Positions 50,440 through 62,874 of a stretch of DNA of 64,000 nt are shown here, in pieces (position 1 is the stretch's first letter; every line of letters begins with the position of its first letter). The notes beneath the pieces are model-generated. The model did not search any database, was not told the DNA's origin, and saw only the letters and a list, made by a program, of their open reading frames with translations. Origin of the DNA: Podarcis gaigeae (lineage: Eukaryota); NCBI GenBank assembly GCA_964106915.2, contig OZ066922.1; one strand, written 5' to 3'. The position numbers were made by a program, and so were the translations under genes.

Positions 50440-51377
50440 TAAAACAGCAATGCAAAAAACAACAAATCAGAGCTTTCCTTCCTTGGTTGCAATGTGTATG
50501 TGGGGTAGCGATATTTGTTCCTTTCTGTGCATCCTTAGAAAGCCACTTCCGGCTTTGGGGGGGGGGGGGATGCATTCACCCTGCCCATTCCTGGCCTGTT
50601 TTATGGCAAAGCTAGGCCTTACTGCAGCAAATGCATGAACCCAGTTTCTCATTGGCTGAAATAATGGTGAAAGGTGGAAGCCAAGGTTCAGGTTCAGGAG
50701 GGGAAGTTTCACTAGGCAAAGAACCTATTGATTCTTTGTGCCTTTGAGGTACTTAACTTTAAAAAGAAGCTCTAGGTTGAGAAAGATACAATGGAGATTT
50801 ATAGAATCCCACAGAATTATGCTGGGTCTATTGATTTGCCCTCCCATTTTAATGCTGAATATTTTGCCACTGGGTCCCCCCCCCCCCTTTTATACATTTT
50901 CTCACTGTTTTATTATTATTATTAATTTCTAGTAAGCTAATCAGTGTCTTTCCGGTGGGGATCAAATATTTAAAATACTTACAAAAATGTTGCATGGGAA
51001 AGTGAGAGCAACTATATAATAAAACATGTACAGAGGAGGCCTGCACAATTTGACACCTACCAAACAAAACGAAAGGCAAGAAGAGATATTTTCATTCATC
51101 CCTGGTGCATTTTCAGGGATGGTAAGGAGGGCTTCATTCTGCTTGCTGGACCACACATTTTCCAAGCGTGATATGGAGCAGGGGGGGAGGAACTCCAGAT
51201 GTTGCAGGACTCCAGCTCCCGTCTCTCTGAACATTGACCATCCTGCTTGGAGCCAATGGGATTTAGAGTTCAGCAACATCTGGAGGTCTACAGGTTAGCC
51301 ACACCTGATATAGGCAGTTGCTAGAGGAAAGGCTGTGAGAAAGTACTCTAAATCTTGTTCCCATTTTGTTCCTTTAG

Positions 51378-51466
51378 GGCCACTCATGGTGATTGTTGAG
51401 TACTGCAAGTTTGGAAATCTGTCGGTGTACTTGAGAAGCAAGCGGAGTGATTTTGTTCCATACAAG
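51378..51466 (+). CDS. KDR: KDR exon 20 ([30 protein letters not shown])
   Basis: 89 nt, AG/GT boundaries; kinase hinge region. Confidence 0.97.
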
Positions 51467-52216
51467 GTGAGGCCTGCATGAAATGTAGGGGAAAGGATGC
51501 TCTGCTTTTCAGTTTTAAGATCCTTTTGACTTCTTTACTGTGAGATCTTTTGGATGTGAATAGGAGTTAAAATAACTGGATAAATACAATGATGTTTGGA
51601 ATGCAGCTATCAAAAGGCAGTTATAGAAATTATAATGTCTCATTAGTAATTTTTCATTAGTTGGAAAAACTATTACTTATATACCTATATTTTGTATTGT
51701 GTCACAATTTCAAGTATTCTTTTTGTTTGGTTTTGGTTTTTTGCTTTCATTTTTGTCTGTTGCTTTATTTTCTCACTGAAAATTTTCAATGAAATATAAA
51801 TATTTAAAAAAAAGGAGTTAAAATAACGTTTAACATTTCTAAGTGAAACCTACACTTCTGTAGGCTGTATCATGGCTGACCTTCCTTAACACTTTACATT
51901 TGCAATTACTGTGTGGACATTTCTATTATTCTCATGGTAGATTACTAAATTATACTCTATCATTAGGAAACCCTGATGTATACAGTGTTCTAGGAGGCTT
52001 AGTTTGGTCAGAATCGAGTATACAGTTCCAGAGTTAACACTCAATACACTACTTCTGGTAAATGAGCTGCCATAGCTGCTAGAGGGCCTTGAAAATTTGT
52101 GCCTTGGGTTTTTAAGACTCGTCTACCCATGTACTATCTGAAACCAAAAGGGCACGTTGGTTGCCAGATGTGAAATACATTGGTATTATTTTCAGCTCTC
52201 CTACGCCACTGCTCAT

Positions 52217-52547
52217 CCATTAGGTCCAGTCGTGGCCGACTCTGGGGTTGCGGCGCTCATCTCGCTTTATTGGCCAAGGGAGCCGGTGTACAGCTTCCGG
52301 GTCATATGGCCAGCATGACTAAGTCGCTTCTGGCGAACCAGGGCAGCGCACGGAAACGCCGTTTACCTTTCCGCCAGAGTGGTACCTATTTATCTACTTG
52401 CACTTTGACATGCTTTCAAACTGCTAGGTTGGCAGGAGCAGAGACCAAGCAACGGGAGCTCACCCCGTTGCGGCGATTCAAACTGCCGACCTTCTGATCG
52501 GCAAGTTCTAGGCTCTGTGGTTTAACCCACAGCGCCACCCGCGTCCC
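52217..52547 (-). mobile_element. Sauria SINE (intron 20), tail missing
   Basis: Reverse complement of the family body. Confidence 0.9.
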
Positions 52548-52625
52548 TTCTGCTCATCCATATTCCCTTTCTAATAAGGTGTGAGTTTTCGCCCCTTTAT
52601 TTTCTGTCATGATAGAATAATGCAA

Positions 52626-52771
52626 NNNNNNNNNNNNNNNNNNNNNNNNNNNNNNNNNNNNNNNNNNNNNNNNNNNNNNNNNNNNNNNNNNNNNNNNNNN
52701 NNNNNNNNNNNNNNNNNNNNNNNNNNNNNNNNNNNNNNNNNNNNNNNNNNNNNNNNNNNNNNNNNNNNNNN
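52626..52771. other. Assembly gap hiding the exon 21 acceptor
   Basis: 146 N. Confidence 1.
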
Positions 52772-52913
52772 AATCATGCTCGGTACAGGCAAGGAAATGG
52801 TGAAGTCTCTGCAGACCCGAAGAAACGCCTGGACAGCATTGCAAGCAGCCAGAGCTCAGCCAGTTCCGGCTTTGGAGAGGAGCGATCTCTCTGCGATTTA
52901 GAAGAGGGGGATG
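52772..52913 (+). CDS. KDR: KDR exon 21, visible part (kinase insert NHARYRQGNGEVSADPKKRLDSIASSQSSASSGF...)
   Basis: Frame is open from the gap edge; RLDS..SSQSSASSGF motif; G|GTGGG donor. The acceptor is hidden in the N-gap. Confidence 0.88.
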
Positions 52914-53330
52914 GTGGGTTTTTGTCTTACATCATTATCCATGGTTTTAGAATATTGAGATCACAGTGTGTTTCCTTGGCTTCCCCATTCTTATAGGATT
53001 AGGTGTTCCTCTACCATTCGCTGATAAAATACACAGTTTATGGATACATTTTTAAAATAAAATATGTATTTTGTATCACTCTAAAATACACATGTTATAT
53101 CCTTCATTGTGCAGCTATTGGGGCAGTATGGAAGTTTCCTCTTACAATATGACATGCTGAATCACTAAGGGTAACTCCCGCTGCACAACTCCAAGCATCC
53201 CTATACCTGGAAGCCAGAAATGAAGGAAGGAATCTGAAGGATGGGGTTTCTGTGTACTAAGTGTTACCTGGTGCTAATCAGGATGTGCAGTGTATTACAC
53301 ATTTATATACATTGACCTTTCTCTTTGCAG

Positions 53331-53431
53331 CAACATCTGAAGATCCTTGCAAGAACCCACTAAGCCTGGAGGACCTCATCTGCTACAGCTTCCAGGTGGC
53401 CCGGGGGATGGAATTCCTGGCCTCACGGAAA
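53331..53431 (+). CDS. KDR: KDR exon 22 ([34 protein letters not shown])
   Basis: AG/GT boundaries. Confidence 0.96.
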
Positions 53432-54074
53432 GTAAGGCATTTCTCTTGGGAGGGGAAATGACATTTATCGGATGACTGCATGCCACTGGAAACGATTGTG
53501 ATAAGGATAGTGCCAGAGTTCACTCAGTGTTTCTGTACATTCTGATTTAAAGCAGTTGATATTGTAAAGTTCTTTGGTAAAGGTGTCAGCACTTGTAAAT
53601 TCACCTCTCACCAGGCATACACTGGCCTTTAATTCAGAGTTTTTTAAGTGCCTTACTTACAACAGGGGTTTCCAAACTGTTGTCTGAGGACGTGGTTCAT
53701 GAGCTTCATTCATCAGCTCTGCAGCATGTCTGTGGATTTATGGTTAAAGATGGGGAGATGGCAAATCCCTCACTTCAAATACTCATATTGGTTTTTGTTG
53801 TCGCTGCTGCTTTTATTTCTTTATGTTTTATTGTATTGTGGTTTGAATCCTACGGAATTCAAATTGTAATACAATAAAATACAGTAGATAAGAAATAAAA
53901 GAAGCTATAAAATTCAATTTTTAAAAAATCGTACAGCATCTAATGCAGAACATTACATTTGCTAAAACAATCAGAAAAATCATTAAGTTGGACCACCAAG
54001 ACTCTCAACAATTTTCAAGTGGTCGGTGGGGTGATGTAAGCAATGGTTCTCAAACTCACATCATCTGTAAAATA

Positions 54075-54307
54075 CAGTGGTACCTTGGTTTAAGAACAGC
54101 TTAGTTTATGAACAACTTGGATGAAGAATGCTGCAAACCCGGTGTTTTGGTTTGTGAACTTTGCCTTGGAAGCAGAACATGTTCTGCTTCCTGTTGAGTG
54201 TAAATTGAGTTCCCTCTACTATGGGAAAGCACGCCTTGGTTTAAGAATGCTTTGGTTTAAGAACGGACTTCCAGAATGGATTAAGTTCGCAAATCAAGGT
54301 ACCACTG
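54075..54307. mobile_element. Tigger/pogo-like MITE, family C
   Basis: TIR CAGTGGTACCTTG, TA TSD. Confidence 0.82.
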
Positions 54308-54823
54308 TATACTGGATTCACCAAGAAACACACCTTCAAAACAAAACAATTGGCCCCACTGCAGCGAGAGCCAGCATCTAATGTTCTACTCCACAGAGCA
54401 GTTGTTGGTAGATGTCTCTCTATGTGTGAAGAAGGGAGAGTCCAGGTGGGGCAGGCTCTGAAGTCTTCTTGGTCTGTCTCTCTTGCCATGCCTACCCCAT
54501 AATTTCGACCTGTTTGTGTTACATGTACTATACCTCCACAGTTGGTACTGCTTGTTTGAAAGCGTTCTCATGTCAAGTCTTCCCACACATGGAAGGTCTA
54601 TGGATGTGTTTTCAACTATTTATCTTCTCTCATTTATCTTCTAAGGCAGTGCAAAAGACTGTGTCTCAACATGAACTCTGAGTTTCATTTAAGCCTTATT
54701 GGGACATTCATTTTAATAACCCACAAAGTGCTGAGCCTTGCAAGGAAGATACCAATTAAGACAAGGTTAACAAAGCTCTGTGGAACAACCCAAATAACAG
54801 GCCCATTGTTCCTCTCCTTGCAG

Positions 54824-54946
54824 TGTATCCACAGAGATCTGGCAGCTCGCAATATCCTCTTATCGGAGAACAACGTGGTCAAAATTTGTGATTTTGGATT
54901 GGCCCGAGATATCTACAAAGATCCAGATTATGTCAGGAAGGGAGAT
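54824..54946 (+). CDS. KDR: KDR exon 23 ([10 protein letters not shown]...[19 protein letters not shown])
   Basis: 123 nt; catalytic loop, DFG motif, both activation-loop tyrosines. Confidence 0.98.
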
Positions 54947-55061
54947 GTAAGTTTCCGTCTCCGATATAGTAGGACATTTACTTGGAAAAGATATTAACAA
55001 TGACACTGTGGCATATATTTAATGCTTCCTTTTGTCTATTGCTTTGCTAATAAACATTTAG

Positions 55062-55202
<141 letters not shown>

Positions 55203-55236
55203 TGAAATCCCATGGGCCTTGGGAGGGCATCTCATG

Positions 55237-55404
55237 CAGTGACGTAGCGTGGGGGGTGCAGGGGGGCCGGCCGCACCTGGCGCAACATCTGGGGGTTAGG
55301 GTTAGGGGGCGCAAATCCACGGGTTAGGGGGCGCAAATCCACGGGTTAGGGGGTGCAAATTACTTGCCTTGCCCCGGGTGCTGACAACCCACGCTACGCC
55401 ACTG
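55237..55404 (+). mobile_element. GC-rich hAT MITE (same family), intron 24
   Basis: 8-bp TSD ATCTCATG; same TIRs. Confidence 0.9.
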
Positions 55405-56560
55405 ATCTCATGGGCCATAGGATGTCCCCAACATCAGAGGCAGAACCCTGACTTCTGAGAGGGAGATCCTGCAAACCAGGTGTCAGAACTCCAGTGTTGG
55501 AAGTGCCAAAAAATGTTTGTTGAGGTGGTTCAGGGTCATTTGAAGGAGAGCACATGAAAATGCTTGGATTCAGAGCCATTTCAGTTCCCCAATAGGCCAG
55601 GGAGACATTTAAACCAGCTTAGCAGTCCTTTCTGGTAATTTTTCTACCATTGTTCCCAGTGGGAGAGAAACTGCCTAAAGAAGAATAAAGCAAAAACAGA
55701 GCGAGATGGGAAAGGCTTTAGATGGCTGGTTAAACTACCTTTGAATCCCCTCCCTTTTTGCCATAGGATTTCATTGTATACTTCTCACATTTTGATAACA
55801 GAGTTAATGAATGCAATCTCCTTTAGATGCCCACCCATGTCTCCATAAGTTGCAGGCAAACTAGTTCATGTTTTTCAGTTACAGAATAGAAAATGTATTT
55901 GTAGTCTGCAGTCTGTTAGTCCTCGGTGAGAAAGCAAGATGGGGATATAGAGTGGGCTTTAAATGAGCTTTACCAATATTCCATATTCTTTTTAATCAAG
56001 ATAAATAACTGCTTATAATCTTGCTCTAATAAAACATACTGATATTCTCTATGGATAAGCAGTTGTATAATTTTCTTGATGTGCCCAATCTATCTCAAGG
56101 AGACTTTCCCACTGCAGTTCTCAACAGTTCTCACTTTTGGCAATAAGCATCCTTTTCCTGGTTGGAAATTGGATAGTTTTCATTGATGGTGATTTACTGT
56201 TGTTATTAGTAATATGATGACGATGATGATTGATTGAATTTATATACCACACTATACCCGGAGGTCTCGGGATAGTTCTCTGTTTGATGATGATAAGGAT
56301 GGTCACACTCCTCAAATTTTACTTAATCTCACCCCCCTTCTTTCCCTTGCAAATTAAAATTTACAAATTAATAACAATAATAATGAAAAATGAGAGCTTG
56401 GCAATATGAAACTCAGATCAAATATCTGCACATCTCAGGAACATTCTATGACTGTTACTCATACAAACAGTCATTTTATTTCCCTGTCCAATGTAAGTGA
56501 GTCTCTCTAGATCCAGTCTAATTGAGCTTCTATCATTTTAGTTAGCTCTTATTTCAGTGA

Positions 56561-56734
<174 letters not shown>

Positions 56735-57144
56735 TAAGAATTTTTACTGGTGCAAACATGCCTTGATTCAGAAATGGATAATTTTACTTAGGAGTGGGTC
56801 AGAAAAAGGTCTCACTCTAATTCAGCCACTGGTGGCCTGTGGACTCTTTTACTAATGGCAGGAAGCGCAATAAGTCAAATATTTGGTTGCAGTCAGCTCA
56901 TACATTTAAAGAACATTCAGGGCATATTTATAGCACATGTCTTTACCCAAAGCATCCTGGGAACTGCAGTTTACTCCTCACAGACGTACAATTCCTAGCA
57001 CCCTCAACAAACTACAGTTCCCATGATTCTTTGCAGGAGGTCATGTCCTTTGAATGTGCTTTAATGGTGAAAATGTGACTTTTCTCTTGTTCTGGCAGTA
57101 CAGTATTGACCAGCTTGTTACTCTTAGCTATTACCTACCACAAT

Positions 57145-57500
57145 GGGATGCAGATGGCGCTGTGGGTTAAACCACAGAGCCTAGGACTTGCCAATCAGAA
57201 GGTTGGCGGTTCGAATCTCCGCAACAGGGTTAGCACCCGTTGCTCGGTCCCTGCTTCTGTCAACCTAGCAGTTCAAAAGCACCTCAAAGTGCAAGTAGAT
57301 AAATAGGTACCGCTCCGGTGGGAAGGTAAACGGTGTTTCCATGCGCTGCTCTGGTTCGCCAGAAGCGGCTTAGTCATGCTGGCCACATGACCCGGAAGCT
57401 GTACGCTGGCTTCCTCAGCCAATAAAGCGAGATGAGCGCCGCAACCCCAGAGTTGGTCACGACTGGACCTAATGGTCAGGGGTCCCTTTACCTTTACCTT
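57145..57500 (+). mobile_element. Sauria SINE (intron 25)
   Basis: Full head, body and (ACCTTT)n tail. Confidence 0.92.
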
Positions 57501-57582
57501 TACCACTAAGAAGCAGAATACGATCTTGTCCTGTGACATATTTTGCTTTGTACCACTGCTACCGTTCTCTTATATCTTCCAG

Positions 57583-57688
57583 GTATCAGACAATGTTGGA
57601 CTGCTGGCATGGGGAACCCAAACAAAGGCCCACCTTTTCAGATTTGGTGGAACATCTGGGAAACGTATTGCAAGCAAATGTCCGCCAG
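57583..57688 (+). CDS. KDR: KDR exon 26 ([35 protein letters not shown])
   Basis: 106 nt, AG/GT boundaries. Confidence 0.97.
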
Positions 57689-57810
57689 GTAAAGTCATGC
57701 TCTAAAAACTACTGTAAACTCCCTGGGGTGGGGATGGGGAAGTGCCTCCAGCCACAAATCCTATATTTATTTTTTTTAAACCCTATTTTTTGTCTGTCTT
57801 TCTACATCAG

Positions 57811-57962
57811 GATGGTAAGGACTATATTGTCCTCCCCCAAACTCCCCTGCTGAACATAGAAGAGGATTCTGGGTTGTCCCTGCCAACCTCACCTGTTTCC
57901 TGCAGGGAAGAAGAGGAAGTGTGCGATTCTCAATTCCATTATGACAGCACGTTAGAACTGAG
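57811..57962 (+). CDS. KDR: KDR exon 27 (DGKDYIVLP...[13 protein letters not shown]...FHYDS)
   Basis: 152 nt; tyrosines equivalent to human Y1175 and Y1214 are retained. Confidence 0.97.
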
Positions 57963-59687
57963 GTTTGTAGCCTAATGAGAATCCCATAGGGACTGCTAGG
58001 CATTTCCCTCTCTGCCAGATTTTTCTTTGAAAGTGGGGATCGTGGTGAGAAAGAGGAAGGAGTTTGTGCTGCTGTGTCTTTATATTTAGCCATGTTCACT
58101 AGGCTGCAATATTTGTAGAGCAATTCCATGCTCTGATTTTGCTGGGACCAGAGGGGTGTGTTGCCGCTACGCCAACGGGGAGTGGTCACTGCATCCGACT
58201 CAGGAGGTGAGGAAGGAAGCACCCAAATTGAAAATGTAAAAATGACAGGCATCCACAGAAATGCTGCCCACGGCTCACCAATGATCCCAGGCAGAGGTTC
58301 AGATCCCTTAATGCCTCTCACAAGGAAAGCTTTTGGAGCAAAACTCAGAAGGAAGAAGGGACACAACAAGCCATATAGCTCCCCGAGTCTTGCAGCCTCC
58401 ACAGGCAGTCGTCATGCTCAGCGCGGTAGGTGGCTGGAAGAGTATATGTTCTACAAAATGGATGCCCCTGGCTCAAACCCCATACTAGAAAAAAGGGGAA
58501 GTTCTGCACCTATGTACCATGCACAGCCTGAGCTAATCAGGATGAGTGCTGCATGGACCTGGTGCTTGTACTGAGCAATCAGATCTTTGGGTCCATCTTC
58601 TTGCCCTCATGTGGGATCTAGGGTGGGCCAGCCCCCTGATGATGATGATGATTATTAACAATTATGCAAAAATAGCACCAATATTTATTATTACGGCTAA
58701 ACAACCAGCATACATAAATTTCAGCGTAAATTTCACATAAACATTAAAATGGTCAATGTGGAATTTAACAATCAACATACTCATTCAATAGACTTAAAAT
58801 ATGTACCCAAGGAAATGTAAACTCCATTAAAAGTTTTCAGAAATGAAAGAATTTGACCCTGCTGCATAAGATCCCAGCAAGCCAAAATAGTCCCCTTAAA
58901 CAAACAAACAAACAAATAAGGAACTTCAGGATGCTTTTTTATTCAGGTGAGAGAAATAATCAGTATGCATTTGCAAGACTTACTATTCATCTGTAAAGCA
59001 CCAAAAATTGGCCACACGCTGTACCAACTATTGCCTTAAGTCATGTCCGGTAGAGTATATGAAACATACTTGCTTTTGAAGGCATTTATTCCCCTGCCAT
59101 CAAGGCCCCAAGATAATATTTTGGCAATGTAAATATACCATTTGTTCAAATGTTCTGCCTTCTAGAAAGAGCTTTTCCGGTTTATCTGTCAGAGGTGTCA
59201 TTCTCAGATCACCACCAAATCTGCCGTGGGCAACTTTCATTTTAGGCTACCTATCAGCGTTCAATTTCAGTGCCTTACTTTGGCGATGGAGGTAGCTGTT
59301 GAGGCCCTCTGCAAGGAGAATATGGAGCGCTGATTGTCAGAGCATTGGGAATGCTTCCAGCTCAGATGGTTTTCTTTGGCGAAGGGGAGTTGTGGAATGT
59401 TCGGTGCCAACTTCAACAATTCGCTTGGAGGGCGGAGGGTATGTGTGTGTGAGTTTGCTGAGTCAGCTGCTGCTGCCGTCTCCAGCGGAGTCAGTCCAAA
59501 TGAAAAGAATTATGAGCGTGACCCAGACTTCTTTGTTAGTTTGCATCTTAAAAAAGAGAAAAGATGCTGAAAAACAGTAAGCCACTGAAGTTTATTTTTT
59601 TACTTTTAAGAAAAGATTGTCTCTTGGGTTTTCTTCAGAAGAACTGCTTTCAGAATCAAAAGTAAAAAAAAGAGGCTGTTTCATATA

Positions 59688-59929
59688 CAGTGGTACCTCA
59701 GGTTACATACGCTTCAGGTTACATTCGCCTCAGGTTACAGACTCTGCTAACCCAGAAATAGTGCTTCAGGTTAAGAACTTTGCTTCAGGATGAGAACAAA
59801 AATTGTGCTCCAGCGGCACGGCAGCAGTGGGAGGCCCCATTAGCAAAAGTGGTGCTTCAGGTTAAGAACAGTTTCAGGTTAAGAACGGACCTCCGGAACG
59901 AATTAAGTACTTAACCCGAGGTACCACTA
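59688..59929 (+). mobile_element. Tigger/pogo-like MITE, family A (intron 27)
   Basis: Same TIRs. Confidence 0.88.
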
Positions 59930-60020
59930 TAGACACTTTGTCCTGTAATCAGCCATGGTTCCCCCGCCCCCTGCCTGGATTTGCACATGATTGTGGCAGA
60001 TGGATCACCTGAAATTATTA

Positions 60021-60246
60021 CAGTGGTACCACTGGTTACGAACACTTATGGTTATGAACTCCACTAACCCGGAATTAGCTGCTCCTGGCTGTGAACTTTG
60101 CCCCAGGATGCGAATGGAAATCGGGTGCCAGAGGCTCGCACACAGCGGGAGGTCCCATTAGTGAAAGCACGCCTCAGGATAAGAACAGTTTCAGCTTAAG
60201 AACAGACCTCCGGAATGAATTAAGTTCGTAACCAGTGGTACCACTG
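60021..60246 (+). mobile_element. Tigger/pogo-like MITE, diverged relative
   Basis: TIR CAGTGGTACCACTGGTTACGAAC, TA TSD. Confidence 0.82.
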
Positions 60247-60465
60247 TATGATTATGATGAAGTGTCTGCCATAAACACAAGCCTGTCAGCCTCTGCTCAA
60301 ACCTTACTTACAGACTTGAAGTGGGATGAAAAAAGTTTGAGTTTCTATTTGCTACAAATGACTCAAGATCAGTTCAGGTTACCAAAAGCATGGTCAAAGC
60401 CATGGGTTGGAGAGAAATACCTCATCAGAACCAAAAGCATATTGCTTTCCCTGAACTCATGCATA

Positions 60466-61066
60466 CAGTGGGGGGGGGAAGTATTTGATCCCCTGCTAAA
60501 TTTGCCCGTTTGCCCTCTGACGAAGAAATGACCAGTCCATAATTTTAATGGTAGGTTTATTGTAGCTGTGAGAGACAGAATAGCAACAGGAAAACCCCCA
60601 GAAACCCAGAAGACAAAAGTCAGAGATTGATGTGCATTATAATGGGTGAAATAAGTATTTGATCCCTTTGCAAAAGATGACTTAGTACTTGGTGGCAAAA
60701 CCCTTGCTGGCAATTACAGAGGTCAGACGTTTCTTGTAGGTGGCCACCAGGTTTGCACACATCTCAGGAGGTATTTTGTCCCACTCCTCTTTGCAGATCC
60801 TCTCCAAGTCAGATTTCAAGGCTGATGTGTAGCTACTCGAACCTTCAACTCCCTCCACAGATTTTCGATGGGATTAAGGTCTGGAGACTGGTTAGGCCAC
60901 TGCAGGACCTTAATGTGCTTCTTCTTGAGCCACTCCTTTGTTGCCTTGGCCATGTGTTTTGGGTCATTGTCATGCTGGAATACCCATCCTTGACCCATTT
61001 TCAATGCCCTGGCTGAGGGAAGGAGGTTCTCACCCAAGATTTGATGATACATGGTCCCGTCCATTG
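60466..61066 (-). mobile_element. Tc1-like DD34E transposon remnant (transposase C-terminus and right TIR)
   Basis: [11 protein letters not shown]...[15 protein letters not shown] with 34 residues between D and E. After a stop and frameshift it continues [14 protein letters not shown]...KGFATKY*. TA|CAGTG end; direct repeat AAGTATTTGATCCC at ~60479 and ~60653. Confidence 0.92.
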
Positions 61067-61802
61067 TTTTTGCTGTTATCACTGTGTCTTGCCTCATGGG
61101 AATCCACCTACACTTCAGTGCCTGCAAGGGTCTCAGTAAATAACCCCTTAGAATCCACAATGTGTGAGATATTGTTTGCTCTTCCTCCTCAGTTCCTGTT
61201 TGCATTGGTTGGGCCTCTGCTCCACCGAACACCCCTTCTTAAACATACCCACATTTCATTAGATTGCAGGAATGGGCACCCTCCCTTCTATTTTGAACAG
61301 AACAGAGGTGCCAAGAGTTGCTTCCTGGGAATGAATGTGGTGGTGGCTGATGCCAGTGCCTTTTTCCTGTTGATGGGCAAGTGGGGAGGGATGTCTCCCT
61401 CATTTTGTGGTTGGTGGAGGTTGGTTGGTCTACTCAGGTGAATGGGGTACTGCCCCACCAACTTCAGTTGGCCTCCAACTTACCGCCATATTTTTTACAG
61501 CAACTCAGGGGATGACTCTGCCTATTATTCACTCTGACTCCACCTGGTACTAATCTCCCTGCCTTCCACTCTACCAGGGCCTTTGGCCACCAGCCAACAC
61601 TGTTTGTGATACTCTTAGGCATGGCAGCCATTTTGTGTTACTTCATGCTCCATGGCAGCTGTTCCGTTATGCCACTCCACCATGGCAGCCATTTTGTAAT
61701 ATGTAATCATAATTACAAAAAGTGCCCATTGGTGCCCCCCTAAACATTAGCAACCCCTGAACTTACAGGAACACTGACAAAGGCAATATATTTGTTTTCC
61801 AG

Positions 61803-61902
61803 TCAGCACCGCAAAGGAAGTAAAAGAAAAAGCCGTCCTGTGAGTGTTAAGACCTTTGAAGACGTGCCTGTAGAACCAACAGTAATAACAGTGGTTCATG
61901 AC
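61803..61902 (+). CDS. KDR: KDR exon 28 ([23 protein letters not shown]...VVHD)
   Basis: 100 nt, AG/GT boundaries. Confidence 0.95.
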
Positions 61903-61983
61903 GTAAGTCTTTGATTTTGCTTGTGCTCTTCAGTCCTCATTGCACTTTGCCATCGATTGATCAATTTGACACATGTCTTTCAG

Positions 61984-62072
61984 GATAACCAGACAGACAG
62001 TGGTATGATTCTTGCCTCAGAAGAGCTAAAGGCACTAGAAGATAAATCTAAACAGCTGATGTTGCCCTTTAG
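61984..62072 (+). CDS. KDR: KDR exon 29 (DNQTDSGMILASEELKALEDKSKQLMLPF)
   Basis: AG/GT boundaries, DNQTDSGM motif. Confidence 0.96.
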
Positions 62073-62388
62073 GTAAGAAGGGGCAAGTGAGCAGTAATGT
62101 ATGTGTTTGTTTCAGAATGATTTAGAACAGGAGGGGCCACTTGAAGATTATTTTTTTTTAAGACTGAGGACAGTACCTACCCACAGACTTACAATCCAAA
62201 AGACATAGCCCGGAAGGAAAGAGGGATGGGTAGGGAGGAGGTAAACAAGGGAACCCAGGCACCCATACTTAAAAGTTACATATAGTGACAAACTTCATGT
62301 TGGGGAGAAGAGGAGCCAACTGGGAACAGGTATCTCAGCAGGGTCAGTGGAGCCTCCCACCCCTCCCAGTGCCTGATGGAATGGTGGT

Positions 62389-62768
62389 GGGACGCGGGTG
62401 GCACTGTGGTCTAAACCACTGAGCCTCTTGGGTTTGCAGATCAGGTTGGTGGTTTGAATCCCCACAGCAGGGTGAGCGCCTGTTGCTCTGTCCCAGCTCC
62501 TGCCAACCTAGCAGTTTGAAAGTACACCAGTGCAAGTAGAGAAATAGGTACCAGTGTGGCGGGAAGGTAAACGGTGTTTCCGTGTGCTCTGGCTTCCGTC
62601 ACGGTGTTCTGCTGTGCCAGAAGCGGTTTAGTCATGCTGGCCAAATGACCCAGAAAACTGTCTGTGGACAAATGCCAGCTACCTCGGCCTGAAAGCGAGA
62701 TGAGCCCCGCAACCCCATAGTCGCCTTTGTCTGGATTTAACCACCCAGGGGTCCTTTACCATTACCAT
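62389..62768 (+). mobile_element. Sauria SINE, variant subfamily (intron 29)
   Basis: GGGACGCGGGTGGC head, ACCTTT/ACCATT tail. Confidence 0.87.
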
Positions 62769-62874
62769 TGGTGGTATATGCTTATCTGCAAAACAAAACA
62801 AAAATTGAACTGGGGGGGGGGGGAAATTGCAGAGCGTGTTGTGGAATTGCTAATTCTGTATTTTTATTTTGCAG

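Noticed and set aside
52626-52771. Apparent missing exon 21 acceptor (possible gene disruption)
   Set aside because: It coincides with an N-gap, and the frame is intact on both sides.
58103-58118. Acceptor-like site giving RLQYL*, reminiscent of human exon 28 SQYLQ
   Set aside because: Only a 3-residue match followed by a stop; the true exon 28 is at 61803.
60938-61441. 167-aa + strand ORF in intron 27
   Set aside because: Partly the antisense of the Tc1 remnant; no recognisable domain or splice-phase fit.
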